IMG/VR virus record: IMGVR_UViG_3300035703_004076
Span: 4,181-68,180 of that record
DNA: 64,000 nt
Strand: one strand, 5' to 3'
Source: a virus
Shown piece after piece: positions 62,103 to 64,000 of the stretch. The notes beneath the pieces were generated by a model. The model was not told the DNA's origin. It made no database searches and saw nothing but the letters and a program-made list of their open reading frames with translations. The position numbers were made by a program, and so were the translations under genes. Numbering within the stretch: the stretch's first letter is position 1; each line of letters opens with the position of its first letter.

Positions 62103-62350
62103 AAGTGTACTAAGATCGTGTTGTCGGTAATGTCTTGCACGAGTATGTTGTTGCGTTGAAAGTATGCTATCAGTCGCTCTTTCTGTGTGTTGTCTCTGTG
62201 TGCGTTGAGCTTGATATACACGGCGAGTTTGTTTGATTGTGGAATGTTGGCAGTGCTAGTCCAGTAGCCGTTCACTTCGACTCGATCAATGAGCTTCTGC
62301 TTCTCTGCATCTTTAAGGTGTTGTAGTATGATGTGTGACTCTGTTCTCAT
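62099..62350 (-). CDS. Paralog-array member
   Basis: L.DAEKQKLI...KERL.AYF. Confidence 0.7.
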   Translation of the reverse strand: MRTESHIILQHLKDAEKQKLIDRVEVNGYWTSTANIPQSNKLAVYIKLNAHRDNTQKERLIAYFQRNNILVQDITDNTILVHL

Positions 62351-62592
62351 GTTGGATTGTGAAGTGGTGTGTAGGCTGCATGAAACACCGTCATTGTGTT
62401 TTCATCATTTGAAAGCCATGTTTGGTAGGCGTAGGCGTTCTCGATATACGATTTTAGTCGGAGCTTTTTCTCAAGCGGAATGTTTGTGTCAAAAAAGTAT
62501 ATCTTTGTCTCGCTCGATGTGAGTGTCTTGTATGTGATGAGCTTCTGCATCTGGGCTCGCTCAAGCTCTTCGGTGAGGGTTTGACAAATCAT
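62347..62592 (-). CDS. Paralog-array member
   Basis: LTEELERAQMQKLITY...L.SYIE.AY.YQT. Confidence 0.7.
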   Translation of the reverse strand: MICQTLTEELERAQMQKLITYKTLTSSETKIYFFDTNIPLEKKLRLKSYIENAYAYQTWLSNDENTMTVFHAAYTPLHNPT

Positions 62593-62981
62593 GAGTTGTT
62601 CTTGCCTATAATACGTCGAATGTAGCTTGGATTATACTCCAGTCCGTGCCATGTTTTGAGGTACACGCAAATCTGATTCCACGTTGCGCCGCGGTCTCTC
62701 TGCTCAAGAAGCTCATTGATTATTTTCTGATCGACATCGGTGCTTCCGAACTTTCGAGGTTTCTGTTGTTTTCGCAGTTTCTTTTGCGACAACACCTGGT
62801 CTCGGAGTTGCACGTTCTTGTGTGTTTGCATTTCTTCTATGCAATATGCAACACACTTTCGTATTAACTGACTCGATGATATGTCATACGTTTCTGCGAT
62901 TGACTGTATGGCATCGTGTTCATCGGGCTGCAATCGTATTGATACTCGTGGCTGTTTACTCATACTTGTTGCTATGCTCAT
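62589..62981 (-). CDS. Putative regulator: N-terminal ribbon-helix-helix + C-terminal HTH
   Basis: RVSIRL..DEH..I..IA....IS.SQLIR; RDRGATWNQI..YL...HG......IRRI. Confidence 0.7.
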   Translation of the reverse strand: MSIATSMSKQPRVSIRLQPDEHDAIQSIAETYDISSSQLIRKCVAYCIEEMQTHKNVQLRDQVLSQKKLRKQQKPRKFGSTDVDQKIINELLEQRDRGATWNQICVYLKTWHGLEYNPSYIRRIIGKNNS

Positions 62982-62992
62982 ATAAGATTATA

Positions 62993-63068
62993 TGGCGGAA
63001 CCGATGGGACTTGAACCCACGACCTCTCCCGTGACAGGGGAGCGTTCTAACCACTGAACTACGATTCC
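62993..63068 (-). tRNA. tRNA-Asp(GTC), CCA encoded
   Basis: GGAATCGTAGTTCAGTGGTTAGAACGCTCCCCT-GTC-ACGGGAGAGGTCGTGGGTTCAAGTCCCATCGGTTCCGCCA folds as a 76-nt cloverleaf. Confidence 0.96.
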
Positions 63069-63080
63069 ATACGCTTGTGC

Positions 63081-63110
63081 AGAATATCATGAAAACTAAG
63101 ATCATGTCAA
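63081..63110 (-). promoter_or_regulatory. sigma70-like promoter TTGACA-N18-TATTCT for the tRNA operon
   Basis: Extended TG; 12 nt upstream of the tRNA. Confidence 0.65.
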
Positions 63111-63145
63111 AAAATGGTTTTCTGCATTATTTGTCGAGTGTGTCG

Positions 63146-63361
63146 TTAGGCTGCTGTAACCTTGCCATCTTTAGGATTCCAAAAGATGTAGGTTGTGTCG
63201 GCCGTCAATCGCAGGAACTCATACTTGTCTGGGTGTTTTTCTGCGATGAATTTGTCCATGCGCCTCTCGTTCCACGACGAATGAAACGGACCTTGTATGA
63301 TAAAACAGAACTTATATTGGTCTGTTAATGTTTCAAGTCTCGCCCGTTGCTCTTTAGTCAT
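63146..63361 (-). CDS. Hypothetical protein
   Basis: Start MTKE. Confidence 0.6.
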   Translation of the reverse strand: MTKEQRARLETLTDQYKFCFIIQGPFHSSWNERRMDKFIAEKHPDKYEFLRLTADTTYIFWNPKDGKVTAA

Positions 63362-63602
63362 GATTGCCAATCTCAAACGATATAGCTCGTGCGTGTTGAC
63401 CACATGGACTTCTGTCTGTAATATCGAAACTGATTGACTTGTTCAAGTTATTACGCAATCGCTTCACAACATCCTCTGTCACACACATCTCAACCGTAGG
63501 GCCACTGTCGAGGAGAATGTCTATCTCTTGATCATGCTCGTTTTCATACTCAGTCACAACCTGCACGTCGATGATTGTACCACTAATTGTCTCTAATACC
63601 AT
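63354..63602 (-). CDS. Hypothetical, possible OB-like protein
   Basis: SD GGAG. Confidence 0.6.
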   Translation of the reverse strand: MVLETISGTIIDVQVVTEYENEHDQEIDILLDSGPTVEMCVTEDVVKRLRNNLNKSISFDITDRSPCGQHARAISFEIGNHD

Positions 63603-63614
63603 GCTGTAGCTCCA

Positions 63615-63827
63615 TTATGCTTTTGGGGTTGTCGGGGTTTCGTGATCTTCTGTCACACTCAAATCTTCGATGTCTTCCAGATTGCCGCCACGTCGAATGT
63701 AGTCTTTGCCACCATCGACAAATATCGACCCACACGAACAGAACTTAAAATCGTGTCGATATACACTTTCGATGATGTCGTTACACTTGCGACACCGAGC
63801 TTTGTTGCTCACCAATTTTGTGCTCAC
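63615..63827 (-). CDS. Conserved zinc-binding phage protein (CxxC.D.IES..RHDF..CxCG...VDGG)
   Basis: Widespread motif. Confidence 0.8.
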   Translation of the reverse strand: MSTKLVSNKARCRKCNDIIESVYRHDFKFCSCGSIFVDGGKDYIRRGGNLEDIEDLSVTEDHETPTTPKA

Positions 63828-64000
63828 TCGCTTCTGTCTCCACTGTCAATTAAGAACTCAAGTTGACTTTCGAGCCCATGCAACTTGGCTTCAAGTGCCG
63901 CAAGCTCCGATAGGTTGATTACTGAAAGGCGCAAGAGGTTGTTGATTTCCTCCGTAAGCGCCTCAATCTGCGTTTGAATGGCAATTACACTTTTCGTCAT
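63824..64000 (-). CDS. Small coiled-coil protein (may extend beyond the window)
   Basis: MTKSVIAIQTQIEALTEEI...; resembles 59498-59680. Confidence 0.55.
   Translation of the reverse strand: MTKSVIAIQTQIEALTEEINNLLRLSVINLSELAALEAKLHGLESQLEFLIDSGDRSE

Noticed and set aside
62993-63068. tRNA as prophage attachment site
   Set aside because: No integrase or duplicated tRNA 3' end; flanks on both sides are phage-like

Overview
This 64-kb window is from a large T4-like myovirus with a Kyanoviridae/environmental T4-superfamily gene order, about 40-45% GC, standard genetic code, and almost all genes on the minus strand. 1-43.4 kb is the late structural module. Read in transcription order it is gp5, a DUF5658-like gene, gp25, gp6, gp7-like, gp8, a 2962-aa VrlC/DUF4815-like protein, small adaptors, a long array of fibre and adhesin genes, a holin, gp13, gp14, gp15 and gp16 (partial). 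Its genes follow T4-type late promoter motifs (TATAAATA/CATAAATA/CTAAATA). 43.5-64 kb is an accessory/early region of small ORFs. It holds a secreted S8 subtilase, late-promoter genes carrying T4 capsid-targeting-like N-termini, two near-identical early promoters with structured leaders, a tandem pseudoknot-like RNA, an 8-member paralog array and tRNA-Asp(GTC). Leading candidates for undescribed biology: (1) a hierarchical plug-and-socket fibre system, with one docking-like domain reused on neck gp13 and several fibres and two fibre/adhesin pairs whose unrelated adhesins both start MPLSF; (2) structured RNAs, namely tandem anti-SD pseudoknots and a leader with twin CUGAUCC loops; (3) putative injected internal proteins and the paralog array. 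All annotation is by eye with no database searches. The host cannot be assigned from this window.
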